Positions 48,225 to 58,862 of a stretch of 64,000 bases of DNA are shown piece after piece. The notes below the pieces were generated by a model. That model did no database searches. It was not told the DNA's origin and was given only the letters and a program-made list of their open reading frames with translations. The stretch covers positions 9,121,979 to 9,185,978 of the forward strand of contig CAJINV010000003.1 in NCBI GenBank assembly GCA_905178155.1, in the 5' to 3' direction. Within the stretch, counting starts at the first letter, position 1. Each line of letters begins with the position of its first letter. Made by a program: the position numbers and the translations under genes. The DNA comes from Amoebophrya sp. A120 (Eukaryota; Protista; Dinoflagellata).

Positions 48225-50568
48225 TCAATAGATAGAACGTCGGGGGCGAGTCACCTCTATGTCATTGTTCGTCTCTGCCGCAGGGCGACAGCAGAGGCAC
48301 TCGAAAAAGCTTGGCTCCCGCCTCGGCTCGGGCTGTATCGGCGTCGGTCGATTGTCCGCATTGCCGATCTCGTTACCCACCGGCATCCCAAACGGAACCC
48401 CGGGTACCGCAAGGTGTGCGACGCCACCCTTTGCCACTTGCTGTTTCCCTGTTTGTTTTGGTGCTTTTGTGCTTCTTGCAGGTTCTTGTTCTTCAAGGAA
48501 AACACTGACTCCAAGCGGCCGAGTCTAAAACTAAAGTGGCGGGCAACCGAAAAACGGCCGAAAGTATGGCCCTACAAGATGCGCTTGCTGACGAGCTTCG
48601 ACAAAAGTCGAGGGACGCGCTGGGGGTTTGCCTTTGGACTTTCTCAAGGGCGCAACTTTGCAGAGCTTGTCAGACCTAGAAGCAAAAGCCAAAAAAATGT
48701 TTGCCGTAGTTATAAAATATATACGTAATCGTGCTGGGCGCTTGAACTTGATGTCAAATGGGCGTGGTTTTTTGAAGAGTTCGATTTTCTGGTCGTCGTT
48801 TAGGTTCGAAAATCCGGTGCCACCAACCTCTGCAATTTCGTCGTTGATGAGTACACCAGACCTCTCGGCCCATCCACCCGGTGTCACGTTGATCACTCGC
48901 GCGCCTTTATCCTCAGTAAAAACGTTCCCCCCCCCCACACTGGTCGTGGTAATCTACATAACATACGCAGAATGTCTCTCGTGCGCAGCCCCACGAGAAC
49001 ATCTTGTAACGTGTGTTTTGAATACAGTCATACACTAATCAGGATAAGGTCAAGGTGGTCACTTTGATGTGATATGACTTTTCTAACCTCCAGGCGCGAG
49101 GAGCAGCAAACTATGAGCTCACAAAGAGGATGAGCTCACAAAACTTCTCAAATTGTGTAAGAGATTCCACGCGTTGCTTAATATGGGGTGGAGACGTTTT
49201 CACTCAGGATAGCCTTTGAAGCCCATCCCTGATGATAATTTTGAAAAATGACGTTGAAGGTGAGATCGATCAGAGTTGATGCAATTTTAATTTCTAGGAG
49301 CCGGAAAGCAAAACTACAGCAGTTAAAATTGGCACTTGCAAAACTATCTATACCGAGCTTGAGTTCCTCCAGCGTGAGTGTGTAATAGGCGTCCTTGATT
49401 TCGGGGCGCTTCAACTTGATAATCAGGGGACGCGGTCCTTGCAGCGCAGCCAACTTCTCGTCGCGATTCATGGCGTAAAATCGTTTACCTGTGGACGCAT
49501 TGGTTTGGAATCATAATCAATCTCACGTTGACCATGCGTTGTTTTCCCTTATCATCTGTGTCCTGTGCCTGTCTTTGCAGTGGACACAGATGTCCTGTCT
49601 TTGCAGTGCTGAGAGGCAGGAGGAGGGAATTTCCACCTTTTTCTCGCAGGTAATTGTTTGAAAGTTTAAGTGTAAGGAACTATTTCTGTTTTCCCATCGA
49701 GGCCGTGCAAAAAATAAGCACACTAAGACCAACACCACGCTGTTCGACGTCGATTTTGATTGTTTCCTATAACTAAAACTATGGTATGTAAAAGCAAAAA
49801 AAAACAAACAATACCATTGACAAGGTGAATTTCGTCGTCTAGTTGAATGCCGGAACGGGCAGCCCAAGAATCTTCAAAAATGGTGGTGACCTCTATACCG
49901 TTGAACTTCATGCCTAGTCGCTTCTCCTCGCTATGGATGCGTCAGGTGGGAACTCATCAACTTGAATGCCAACGCTGTGCTCGCATCTTCTGGCATGCGA
50001 GTTAATTGTCTGATAGTCCAAAGCATGTAGCTGCTGTTAGAGTCTTTTGCGAAGGCTTGTGAACGCTCGGGCACGCACGCACGCACGACGCACGGACCCT
50101 CTTAGTGCGGCGTGAGTTGGAGCGCAGAGACTTTCTATGCTGCCGAGGAAGCAATTTTCAGAGAAGAATGACCTGAAGCTACATCAAGCAACGAGCCAGC
50201 GCTTTGCAATTGCATGTCCTCTAATCCGCCAGCTTAAAAATTGGTGTGGCAGCTCTGTGCTTGTTTATTCAGTACAGTAGCATGACAGGGCGAACAATTA
50301 TTTTATCCGCGGCTGCAAGTGTTTTGCTTTTGTATTTCTATTTTCAGTTCCACTGCTTTTTAGCCATGAAGGCAGATGAGGCTTCGCGTCCTGGTGAGGG
50401 CACTACCGCTTTTACGCGGTAAGTATGAATGCGTACCTTTCGCCTTACCATGGTTTCAATCTTGACGATTTCCCACCTGACACTTGAATATTCGCACACC
50501 ACATCATAATAGACGTCGCCAGGCATCGTCGGCGACGCTTGCGCCAGTACGTCCTCGGGCGTCGACAT
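48225..50568 (-). CDS. Tandem PDZ-domain protein, about 6 exons
   Basis: Two repeats: YYDVVCEEKRLGMKFNGIEVTTIFEDSWAARSGIQLDDEIHLVNG and YYTLTLEELKLGMGFKGARVINVTPGGWAERSGVLINDEIAEVGG. C-terminal FFECLCC. Last junction unresolved. Confidence 0.8.
48908..49211. mobile_element. Introner, family A, inverted relative to the 52081 and 62260 copies
   Basis: Arms TATCCTCAGTAAAAACGT / rc TATCCTGAGTGAAAACGT. GCCTT at 48903-48907 and 49212-49216. Excision gives MGFKGARV. Confidence 0.9.
49932..50490. mobile_element. Introner in the PDZ gene
   Basis: Arms TATGGATGCGTCAGGTGGGAACTCATCAA / rc TATTCAAGTGTCAGGTGGGAAATCGTCAA. (C/T)TCGC repeat. Excision gives VVCEEKRLG. Confidence 0.88.
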
Positions 50569-51506
50569 AGCAACCAGCACTAGCGAATAGGTAAATTGGC
50601 CGCAACAAACTGTCGACGTTGAAACACACTGGATGCGCTTTTCAACCTTCTCGTGCCAATGCACTTATTACTACAGCAGCCAAATCAAATACTATATTTT
50701 TTACTGGGTCGCTGTTGCGACGAGGGGTGGAAAGAGCGGGTAAAAAAATCCAAGACGGAGGAGAAGAAGGTGTTTGTATACGACTGTGCCTCGTGTGTTC
50801 TAGGGGGGTAGCCCAGAATCGCACGAGTTAAGTTCTTCAACAAAATGGTGATCAGACTGTGGTGGTATTTGTAAATTTCTTATAGATACAGGTGAAACAA
50901 GTTGAAGTTTCTACCAGGTTGGTGAAGACGCAATGACGTTTCCAAATAAGCCGACCTCTCCTACGTATTCGTTAGCGTTATGTCAATCGTATAAAAGAAA
51001 AACCGAAGATATCCTTGTTTCCGTGAAAAAGAACAGCGCAAGACCGAGGAAACGCAATGCAGCACGCATACCGACTCATTTGGGTCTGCTCTGTGCACGA
51101 AAGGGAAACCGTTCGTCTTCGTTTTCGTACGAGGAAGTAATAAATCGACTGTTCCGAGTGCACGCTCCTACGTTTTCAGTACGACGAACAAGCTTGTACG
51201 CACCGAATTCATCAATCAAACGGAGAGACGAGCGAACAAAGTATCGTTTTACTGGTACAAGTGCTTCGCGGCCATGGCCAAACGACGGAAATACAAAGTA
51301 CCTTCCTCGCGCCGCTGTGGAAGCACGATGGCACGGGAGCTGCTTACGCATGCAAATAGAAAAAAATAAAACAAGCGATGGGACTGGGAGCCTTGATGAA
51401 AAGACATTGATGTTTATTCATTTCACAAATCCGTTTATTCGAGCAGAAAAGGAGGTGCGGCCGCAGCGCCGAAACCGAAAATGCGGCAAGTTTCAATCAT
51501 GCTGCG

Positions 51507-53713
51507 TCAATTGAATCGCAGCGGGTTTCCTGGTGGCGGAATACCGACGCCCTTAGGTAGTGCTTGTTCAAATTTTGAAGGGAAAAATCACCTCTTCCAA
51601 TCCTCGAAGCTGATGAAATTAGTGGTTTTTTAGTGTGCTGTCTTATGCAGTGAATGATTACAACATTCCCGACCGACCCATCGTTGGTTTTCTTTGCTGA
51701 GAGCCGAACGAAATTTTTGCGCACCTTTGATCATGTGCCAGTGGCATAAAGTGCGCATAGAAATGCTGTCTGCACGCAGGCGGCGGGCCATTGAGGAGCC
51801 ACTGCGTTGAAAATGCCAGTTAATTGTGTCCTTCTCCTTGTCTCACAAACCTGCGGTCACAATAAATCACAAAACGCATATCAGCTTTTGTGGAGGCTGA
51901 GGAGGTGGCGTTTTTCACTTCGATATCGAATTCGTATTCCGCGGCAGCAGCTGCATGCGTGGTGTAGAAAGCGGCTGCATCCGCCGCTTGGGCGGCTTCC
52001 CTCTGGATCGCTGCTGCGCGCTGCTGCAGCTCGGCCGCTTGGTCCTCTGCCTGCGACAGTTGCAGTAGACTCTGCTGCGCTATCCTATGTAAAAACGTAC
52101 CCACACCAGAGTCAGGATGGGGATTTTGCAGCACAAACCTAGGAGTTTTGTGAGTCACGCATGACAAGTTGCGCTATGCAGTGTAGTGCAGGTTAGCAAG
52201 TGCAGCCGCGTCACAGATTCATCTGCTCATCCTGTTCACAGCATCACAAATTCCAAAACATGATTGGAAATGGCTCTCATGGGGAGGCGCATTACAAGTC
52301 TTCCTCTCTTTGCAAATCTGCATTACAACTCTGGTGTGGGTGCGTTTTTACTCAGGATATGCGCCGCAGTGTGGTCACCCACGGATTCCACCAGCTCGGC
52401 CCGCTGCTTCCACGCGTCCACAAAGGCCTCCCGCTGCCCGGCTGCATTCACGTAGTCCTGCGCGCGAGCCTGCAAGTCGGCCGACGACTTGGCAGCGGCC
52501 TTCGAATCGGCTTCGTACTTTGCTTGTACTCCTGCGCCTGCATCGTGCGCTGCTTGCAGGCTAGCGGCTTCCCAGCTGTTGCGCTTCTGCAAAGCCACGG
52601 TCGCCTGCAATCTGGCCTCGTGCTTCACGCTCGCGAGCATGTCCTGTGCGAGCTTCTCACTCTGGGCCTTCACGTTTCCTAATGTTCTCTCGTACGCCGT
52701 CCGGGCACGCAAGGCAGCCTGCCCCGCAGCTTGCGCAGAGCTATTTGCAAGTGATGATAATTGCCATCTGTTCGACTCTAAGCGATAAACCGATGTATCA
52801 TATTCGCCATGTCAGTAGTGTATAGCCCCTCGGAGCGCAATTCTTTCACTGTGTTGCCCAAAAACGAAGTTCAGAAGCATTTTCACTCTTTATGCTTCAG
52901 CTTTCTGATAATCATCCCCTTGAGTCTACGCCTTCGACCGTCTTGGTCTTGCAATTTTTCAATATCATATACGTTTATTCAATGGAGCAGAACGTGAGCA
53001 AAAAGTGGTGCAATTCTCTGCATTTAAACGACCACAAGTATCCTCCATCGTCGAGATTTTTACACTTCATGACATTGATTTCGAGTCTCAGCAAGGAAAA
53101 AAGAAGCGTACCTGTATGCCTGCATCATCTGTGCCTTGACTACAGGCAACGGCGGATCGTTCGATCGTGCACTTGCTGCAGCTTTTGTGTTTCCTACACT
53201 CGAGGTCAAGAAATTCTTTCGTCGGACCAGAAGGCTGGCGGTGTCCCCCGCTCGGCTGGAGGAAGTCCCAGGCGTGTACGTGCTTTCGATTGGTGTGAAG
53301 GAGGAAAGGGCGACACACTGGTGCGCGGTGCCCATTCGCGCGCAGTCACTGCTGCAGTACCGGGCGTAGTCATCCTCGCGATCGTGTTCGTTCGTGCAGG
53401 TCGCGGTGGTCAACGGGCAGGTGCGCGGAACGAGCGAGCCTAAATCTCCCTCCATCTGGACGAGCCCGCAAGTGGCAGTGCTCCCGCTCAGCGACACGCA
53501 GCAGTCGCAGGAACATGACGAGGCGGTTATCGCGGCTCGGCCCGCCACGAAAGGAGCGACCTTCGTGCCCGTTGTCGCGCAAAAAAAGACCAACCAGAAG
53601 ATGAACCCACACTGAGCCCACTTCCTAGTTACCTGCAGGACCACGGGGCATGATGAGCGGGGGCACACGAACGCGAGAGGACCACCGCCACCATCTTGTT
53701 GTCCAGTCTTCAT
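51507..53713 (-). CDS. Secreted/membrane protein with a Cys-rich domain (CSCDCC) and an Ala/Gln-rich coiled-coil tail, 4 exons
   Basis: Hydrophobic GFIFWLVFFC, then CSCDCC…YCSSDC…C. One GT-AG intron and two TIR introns. The spliced end reads AEYEFEQALPKGVGIPPPGNPLRFN*. Confidence 0.65.
51573..51925. mobile_element. Introner related to the 17261 element
   Basis: Right arm rc TATCGAAGTGAAAAACGCCACCTCC, left arm TTTTGAAGGGAAAAATCACCTC. TC(A/G)AA repeat. In-frame join YEFEQAL. Confidence 0.7.
52081..52359. mobile_element. Introner, family A
   Basis: 32-bp arms TATCCTATGTAAAAACGTACCCACACCAGAGT / rc TATCCTGAGTAAAAACGCACCCACACCAGAGT. TGCGC repeat. Excision gives HTAAQQSLLQ. Confidence 0.93.
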
Positions 53714-54572
53714 GTTCCTTATCCGCGCCCTTGCGAGCACAAGGGCGCTAGTCCTGCCCAGGTTCTGCTGTGGCCCATACTACCCCATCATATCGCAAGC
53801 GCGTTTTGCTACTGCTAACGTCACTAGGACTACCTACGACGAAACGACGGCGCGTACCTTTTACAACACGCAACGCCTTCTATTTTTACCAAAACTGACG
53901 GCAAGGGGGCATAAAAAAGATCACGAGCGCGATAAGGTAATCTGTACCTATTAGAACAACAACAAGATTGACTCCCGCATAAAGAAACCGCGCCAGATTT
54001 GCTTCTCGCAACGACAAAGTTTCTTGGTAGCTCTCAAACTGATTACGCCGCGCATGTCTGTTTCCGTCTTTCGGCCAGGATGATCACTCATGACATCGAA
54101 CAAGCATTGCATTATTGCGGCTTCGCTCAAGGAACAAGAAAGTCATTACACATAGCATACTTATATGGCGAGTGGTGTTTTTGGACGACATGCCAAGCAT
54201 TCACTCTAGTGTAATTTTATTTTAATTGTAATCTGTCATAACTGGCAATGAAACTTTTGTGCATTCGCTTGCAGATCGGGCTAAAAAACAACATTGGTCA
54301 AAGAAACGGGGGTCGCTGATGCCGAGGGTTCCGTCTGATCGACGTAGATTCAAATAGAATAGTGCAGACTATACGCATTTGTTCTCAACGCTTCGGCATA
54401 CATACAGAACATCGTTCGAGCACGAATAGAAATACGGCTGCGTGGGTCAGCGATGTACGAGTACGTCGCATGATTCATTGCAAGAAGAGCAGCAACGCTA
54501 GTTGGAGGTGCTGCAGGAAATACATACTTACTACCAGGAGAACTACTAGTTCGTGAAAGCTGAAGATATAAT

Positions 54573-57500
54573 TCAGTTCATTTTGCGGCTCGTCTCTAGC
54601 AAAGCGTTTCTGATTTCAGAACGAAGCCCCTGCAATGCACCGAGTAGAAGTGGCTCGCGTTCCTTTTCCTGGTCTTCTTCACCACTAGTGACGTCGTCAT
54701 TGACCGCCTGCTGCAGCTGTGCGAGAAATTCCTCCTCGTCCTCAAGAAAATTATGACTTATCGCTGCAGTGCGCGTCACATTGCGGGCTCGGTGCCAATG
54801 ACCCGCGGGGAGGTACAGCATCTGATGCGCTTGTTGACGGAACCTGTAGACAAAACACCTGTTGTCTACGTTCTCCGTTTGCGAAGCGGGCTGCGACGAG
54901 GTGGGGATAGCTCGGCTTTCTTCGATGAAAGAAGCACCTGCGCAGCTTGCTGGTCGTTGTGCTTTGGTGCTAGTCCTAGACCGCTGGGCTGTCGACGCGC
55001 TGTGCCTGAAACTCCCACTCTCGCGAGGAACGAATTCAGTTTTTGTGGCCCCCTTGATAAGAGGTCTGCTAGAAGGCTCGTCGCCACCCGCGCATTCGAT
55101 TTCCCACTCTTTCTCCCCCGCGATGAGATACAACCAAGCACCCGTACCCTGCGGGTCGACGTGCCAGTCCGAAAAAGTGTCCTCCTCGCCTATGAAGATC
55201 CACTGCGTGAGCCGCTGCAGCAAGGTCGCGGTTCTCGAGTCGACGTAGGCCGCCCATCGTTGGTCCCGGTCGTCTATCCATATGGAAAAGCACACCCACA
55301 CCAGAGAAGAGGACACGTGGAAAACCATACATTGTCGTGTCGATGTTGAAAGGACTGCGCTGAGCTCGACGACTGTCTCGTTGTGCCATGGCCCCTACCA
55401 TATTTATTAAACTCGTTGGTGAGCCTCTGCAGGCACTGAAAATGAAAATTGTGCTGCGAAAGGGAAAGCTCTAAATTGCAGAGTTAGCAGCGGGCCCTTT
55501 TTTCGTCCGTTCAGATGCATACCGTGATCCGGATTGGGGATCATGCGGGATAGGGAAAACAAAATGAAGAACGCGCGATGCTGAGGCTGCAAAGTTAACT
55601 TGTAGTTGTACTTGCTTTCCTGGCTCGAGATTAATGGTTAATTTTTCAACACGGTCGATAGGCTAAGTTCGTGCATCTGTCTAAACTCAGTAAGCACGTG
55701 GACACCGACCTCGAGCCAGGTCGGGCACTCGGATCCTGAAGTCACGCTCTAGAAACACAGGCGCGAGTTCATTTCACGCGAAGGTAGAAGTAACTTCGCC
55801 TCAACAACAGGCCGACCCCTTATGGGTCGCGCGGCAGCGCCGTAAGTATTTTACGGCGCGAACTGGTTGGGACTCACCGAAAAGCCGTGAGTCTCTATGG
55901 TCGTGCATGCGACTTCGCGCGCACGAGGTGATTTGGTATCATCTTCCAGTCGCCGCAAACTATACCCAATCGCCGAGTGCGTCGACTGAGTAATAGCAAC
56001 TTGGGCCGGCGCCAGGCGCTCGGCCTGGTTGCTACAGCGTGGTCGGGGCCATCCATGGCGGCCCCGGAGGGCTGGGGGGGGCAAGCAATATTTCTAGTCC
56101 TTGTCTTTACTGGGGCCTCCGCCCCGGTACGAGGGACGGGTTTAGAAGTAGGCCACGCCGGCCCCTACCGAAATACGCCTCCCTGCGCGCGGTTGCGCCC
56201 TAGACACTCTGGCCCCCGCGGCCCTCATGGTTAAAGCACAACACGATCGGGCAGCAAGTCGAAACAGCAAGTCGAAGCAGGGCACTAACCATGCCCGCCC
56301 CAATCGCCCAAAATTGGAGCCACAGCAGAAGCTCAACGCCCCTGCCAATGACTCGGCATCCACTGGCCTGAGCTTGTCCGCGCTAAGTGCGGCCCGGATT
56401 TGCTTGCCAAGCTCCCCGGCGCGCACGGGGCATACTTCGCAAGAGACCCCGGAGGGGTGGACGTGGTGAAAGACGCCCAAAAAACGTATCTTCGGGCCAA
56501 GTTCATCCTTGTCCCGTTCAAACGTTATGCTGAGCAGCTCCGTGAAGAGGGTATCCATGTCCCTCGCGCACTGTTGCTCGTCTGCGAGCTGCGTCGGGGC
56601 TGCGTAGTCGTCGAAGTAGCTGATGAGCGGCAACCTCAGCAGCCTCCGCCCGAGGCTCGCCACGGCCAATGAGTAAACATTAAAGTTGATCACGGACGCC
56701 TCTTCGCCAAAAAGGAGGACTTTCGCCGTGGCGCCGAAGAGCCTGCCGGTCTTCGGGCATTTGCACACGACCACGACGAAGCGCTGACGCGCTAGCAGCT
56801 GCCGGTAGGCCTTTTTCATATCTTTTTTCACAAAAGATAGAGCCGGCACTTTCTCGGGGTCGCGCCGCTTCATGGCCCGCAGGAGGCCGAGGGTGGTGGC
56901 GGAGAGGTCGTCGCCCCCAAGCAGCTTTATCGGCGTTAACTTGTAGTTGTACTGCGCTGCAAAGTTAACTTGTAGTTGTACTTGCTTTCCTGGCTCGAGA
57001 TTAATGGTTAATTGCAAGTAAACCATGAGGTGTGAGTGTCGTGCTTTTCTGTAGAATATGTTCCTGCACCAGTAGAAATTGCTTGAAGGCTTGCCAAGCG
57101 TCGTCGACCATAGTTGTCAAACAGTCCGCGGTCTTCCAATTTGCTTCGCGAACTAACGGGTTCGTTTCGGTCTTGCTCCAAGAGCATCTGCTTGTTCTGC
57201 TGCCATGCTCCCCGTCGACGAGGCGGTTCACATGATCCTCTCCATGTTCTTCATCTTCTCCCGAGGAGGTTGAAGTGGCAGTTGCCGTTGTGGCTCGAGG
57301 AGCGGAAAGTTTGCGTCTTTTGCTTTTGCTAGGACTGTCGTTTGCACCGTCATCTTCACACACTGACACTGTCGCTAGGCTGCCGTTGCTCCTCTCGCCG
57401 TTCAAGTCTCGGGCTTTCAAACTGAATCGGTATTCCCAAGCCCGCAGGTAGGAAGGGAATTCTCGGGTTTTGCAGAGGTTGCGGTCGTTGCAATGATCTG

Positions 57501-58020
57501 CCGAAGGCGACGGATCCTCATCCAAACTCATGGCGGAAACCGGGCTGTCAGAGCTGCCGCTGCAGTCTGCTCCGTCAGGGAGGAACCGCGTCAGCGCTTC
57601 CTGTACACTCTGCATGACAAATCGCTCCAAGGCCGCTGGAGGGTGTCCGACGTCTTTTTCTCTTTCGAGTTTAGCTGGCCCGCCGACCTCCTTTCGCCGC
57701 GGCGCGAGGACGACTGCCTCGTCATCAATGGCACGCACATCAAGTGTGTTGGCTTGCCAGTGAGAAATCGCGGCGTCCCGCGACGGCCACTGCGTCAAAA
57801 TGCAGTCCTGCTCGCTCTCCGGATCCAGCAACGGCAGCAGAAACCGCACGAAATCGTCGACGGTTTCTAGGGTGTAGGGAAAGTTGAAGAGCTGGCGGTG
57901 AGCAGCGAAATCGAGGTGGACAACCCAGGGCGACGCGGTCGCTGCAGGGGACACAACTATATTCGTGCGAGGATCCGAGTGTGTACTGGAGGAACCCGGC
58001 GTACCAAATTCATCTGCCAT
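54573..58020 (-). CDS. JmjC-domain 2-oxoglutarate/Fe(II) oxygenase, 2 exons
   Basis: Exon 1 has PSYLRAWEY. Exon 2 has QWIFIG…SDWHVD…AWLYLIAGEKEW…LYLPAGHWHRARN…AISHNF (HxD…H triad). They join as VQEHRDQRW when 55275..57058 plus 5 nt is removed. Confidence 0.8.
55586..55643. repeat. 58-bp perfect direct repeat, copy 1
   Basis: GCTGCAAAGTTAACTTGTAGTTGTACTTGCTTTCCTGGCTCGAGATTAATGGTTAATT, identical to 56956..57013. Confidence 0.97.
55644..56955 (-). mobile_element. 5'-truncated retroelement with DIRS-like RT and a degenerate RNase H region
   Basis: GC-rich insert between the 58-bp repeats. RT motifs present. A possible RNase H remnant NQAERLAP…A lies in ORF 55851..56084. Confidence 0.8.
56142..57026 (-). 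CDS. Reverse transcriptase core (DIRS1/tyrosine-recombinase-retroelement type), N-terminally truncated
   Basis: DMKKAYRQL, LLFGEEASVINFN, SYFDDY, FLGV and thumb AESLAGALSF. The first ~30 codons derive from flanking and duplicated sequence. Confidence 0.85.
   Translation of the reverse strand: MVYLQLTINLEPGKQVQLQVNFAAQYNYKLTPIKLLGGDDLSATTLGLLRAMKRRDPEKVPALSFVKKDMKKAYRQLLARQRFVVVVCKCPKTGRLFGATAKVLLFGEEASVINFNVYSLAVASLGRRLLRLPLISYFDDYAAPTQLADEQQCARDMDTLFTELLSITFERDKDELGPKIRFLGVFHHVHPSGVSCEVCPVRAGELGKQIRAALSADKLRPVDAESLAGALSFCCGSNFGRLGRAWLVPCFDLLFRLAARSCCALTMRAAGARVSRAQPRAGRRISVGAGVAYF
56956..57013. repeat. 58-bp perfect direct repeat, copy 2 (plus a 19-bp partial copy at 56935..56953)
   Basis: Identical to 55586..55643. 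GTTAACTTGTAGTTGTACT is repeated just to its left. Confidence 0.97.
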
Positions 58021-58085
58021 CTTGAATGCTATGCGGGGTAAAACATGCCTACAGATGTCGACTGTTATTGGTGGTGCATTCGACT

Positions 58086-58133
58086 GTCATATGTTGTCAC
58101 TTCTTACTAGGCAGTCATATGTTGTCACTTCTT
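58086..58133. repeat. 20-bp direct repeat (period 28) just upstream of the JmjC start codon
   Basis: GTCATATGTTGTCACTTCTT occurs twice. Confidence 0.85.
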
Positions 58134-58862
58134 TTGTCTCCTGAGTTGTGTAGTAGAAATCGGAAACTGTGGTTGACACTTTATCACGGAACGCTTTATT
58201 TCTTTCATCGGTGTTAAGATCATGGTAAAATGGCGCTGGCGCTCACACCTTGCAGGATCGCAATATTTCTAAGTAGGACCCAGGGAGCATTTCAGCTCCT
58301 TCTTGTTCCCTACATTTCTGAGGGTCAGTGGAGAGGAGTCTGGACACACGAAGTAGAAAGAAAATGATCCTGACAGGCTGCACATACCCACGTGGTTTGG
58401 AATTGGATCCACTTTTTGTGATCCTGAGTGATTTCAATATGCCATCGCTAGAGCAGTTTGGTCCGCATCTTCAAGGAGTGCGAACACACCTGTTCTTGGC
58501 TACATTTTCGCCATAACGGCGCAGCTCTAGTGTGTGTTTTTGCTAACAAAATTAGTTTCAAAATAAATGAGTCTTCGAATCCCAATTTTAATAATAGACA
58601 AGACACACCGCATTACCATCGATGAGCCCCACTTACTATATCTACAATCAAAATAGTGTACAACAAATCGTGAATCATACAAGTGATCAGAGAAGTATCA
58701 CTATGACAGTGACAGTCGTGGAAAGGTCTCTTCACTGTCAAGAAAGCACCCTGGTTGTAACGCTATTGTTTGCCGCAACGGCGATTTCACTGCATTATAC
58801 AACGTTCACAGCCACGATGTTAGCGTGTACTAAAGCGACTCGATGTAAAGCACCTTCTGCTC

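Larger units (their letters stand above)
55275..57058. mobile_element. Large introner with family-A-like arms, carrying a nested retroelement
   Basis: Arms TATCCATATGGAAAAGCACACCCACACC / rc TATTCTACAGAAAAGCACGACACTCACACC. Flanks TCGTC/TGTTC (3 of 5 match). In-frame join of the JmjC halves. Confidence 0.75.

Noticed and set aside
48520-48726. Possible introner as the last PDZ intron
   Set aside because: An in-frame join exists (RLRPLG), but the arms and repeat are too weak to support the call.
55281-55329. Apparent 49-bp mini-element TATGG…CCATA
   Set aside because: No flanking repeat. The left arm pairs better with 57029-57058 and gives an in-frame JmjC join.
55735-55760. CTGAAG…GAAA resembling a hammerhead ribozyme core
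   Set aside because: It lacks CUGANGA and stem II.
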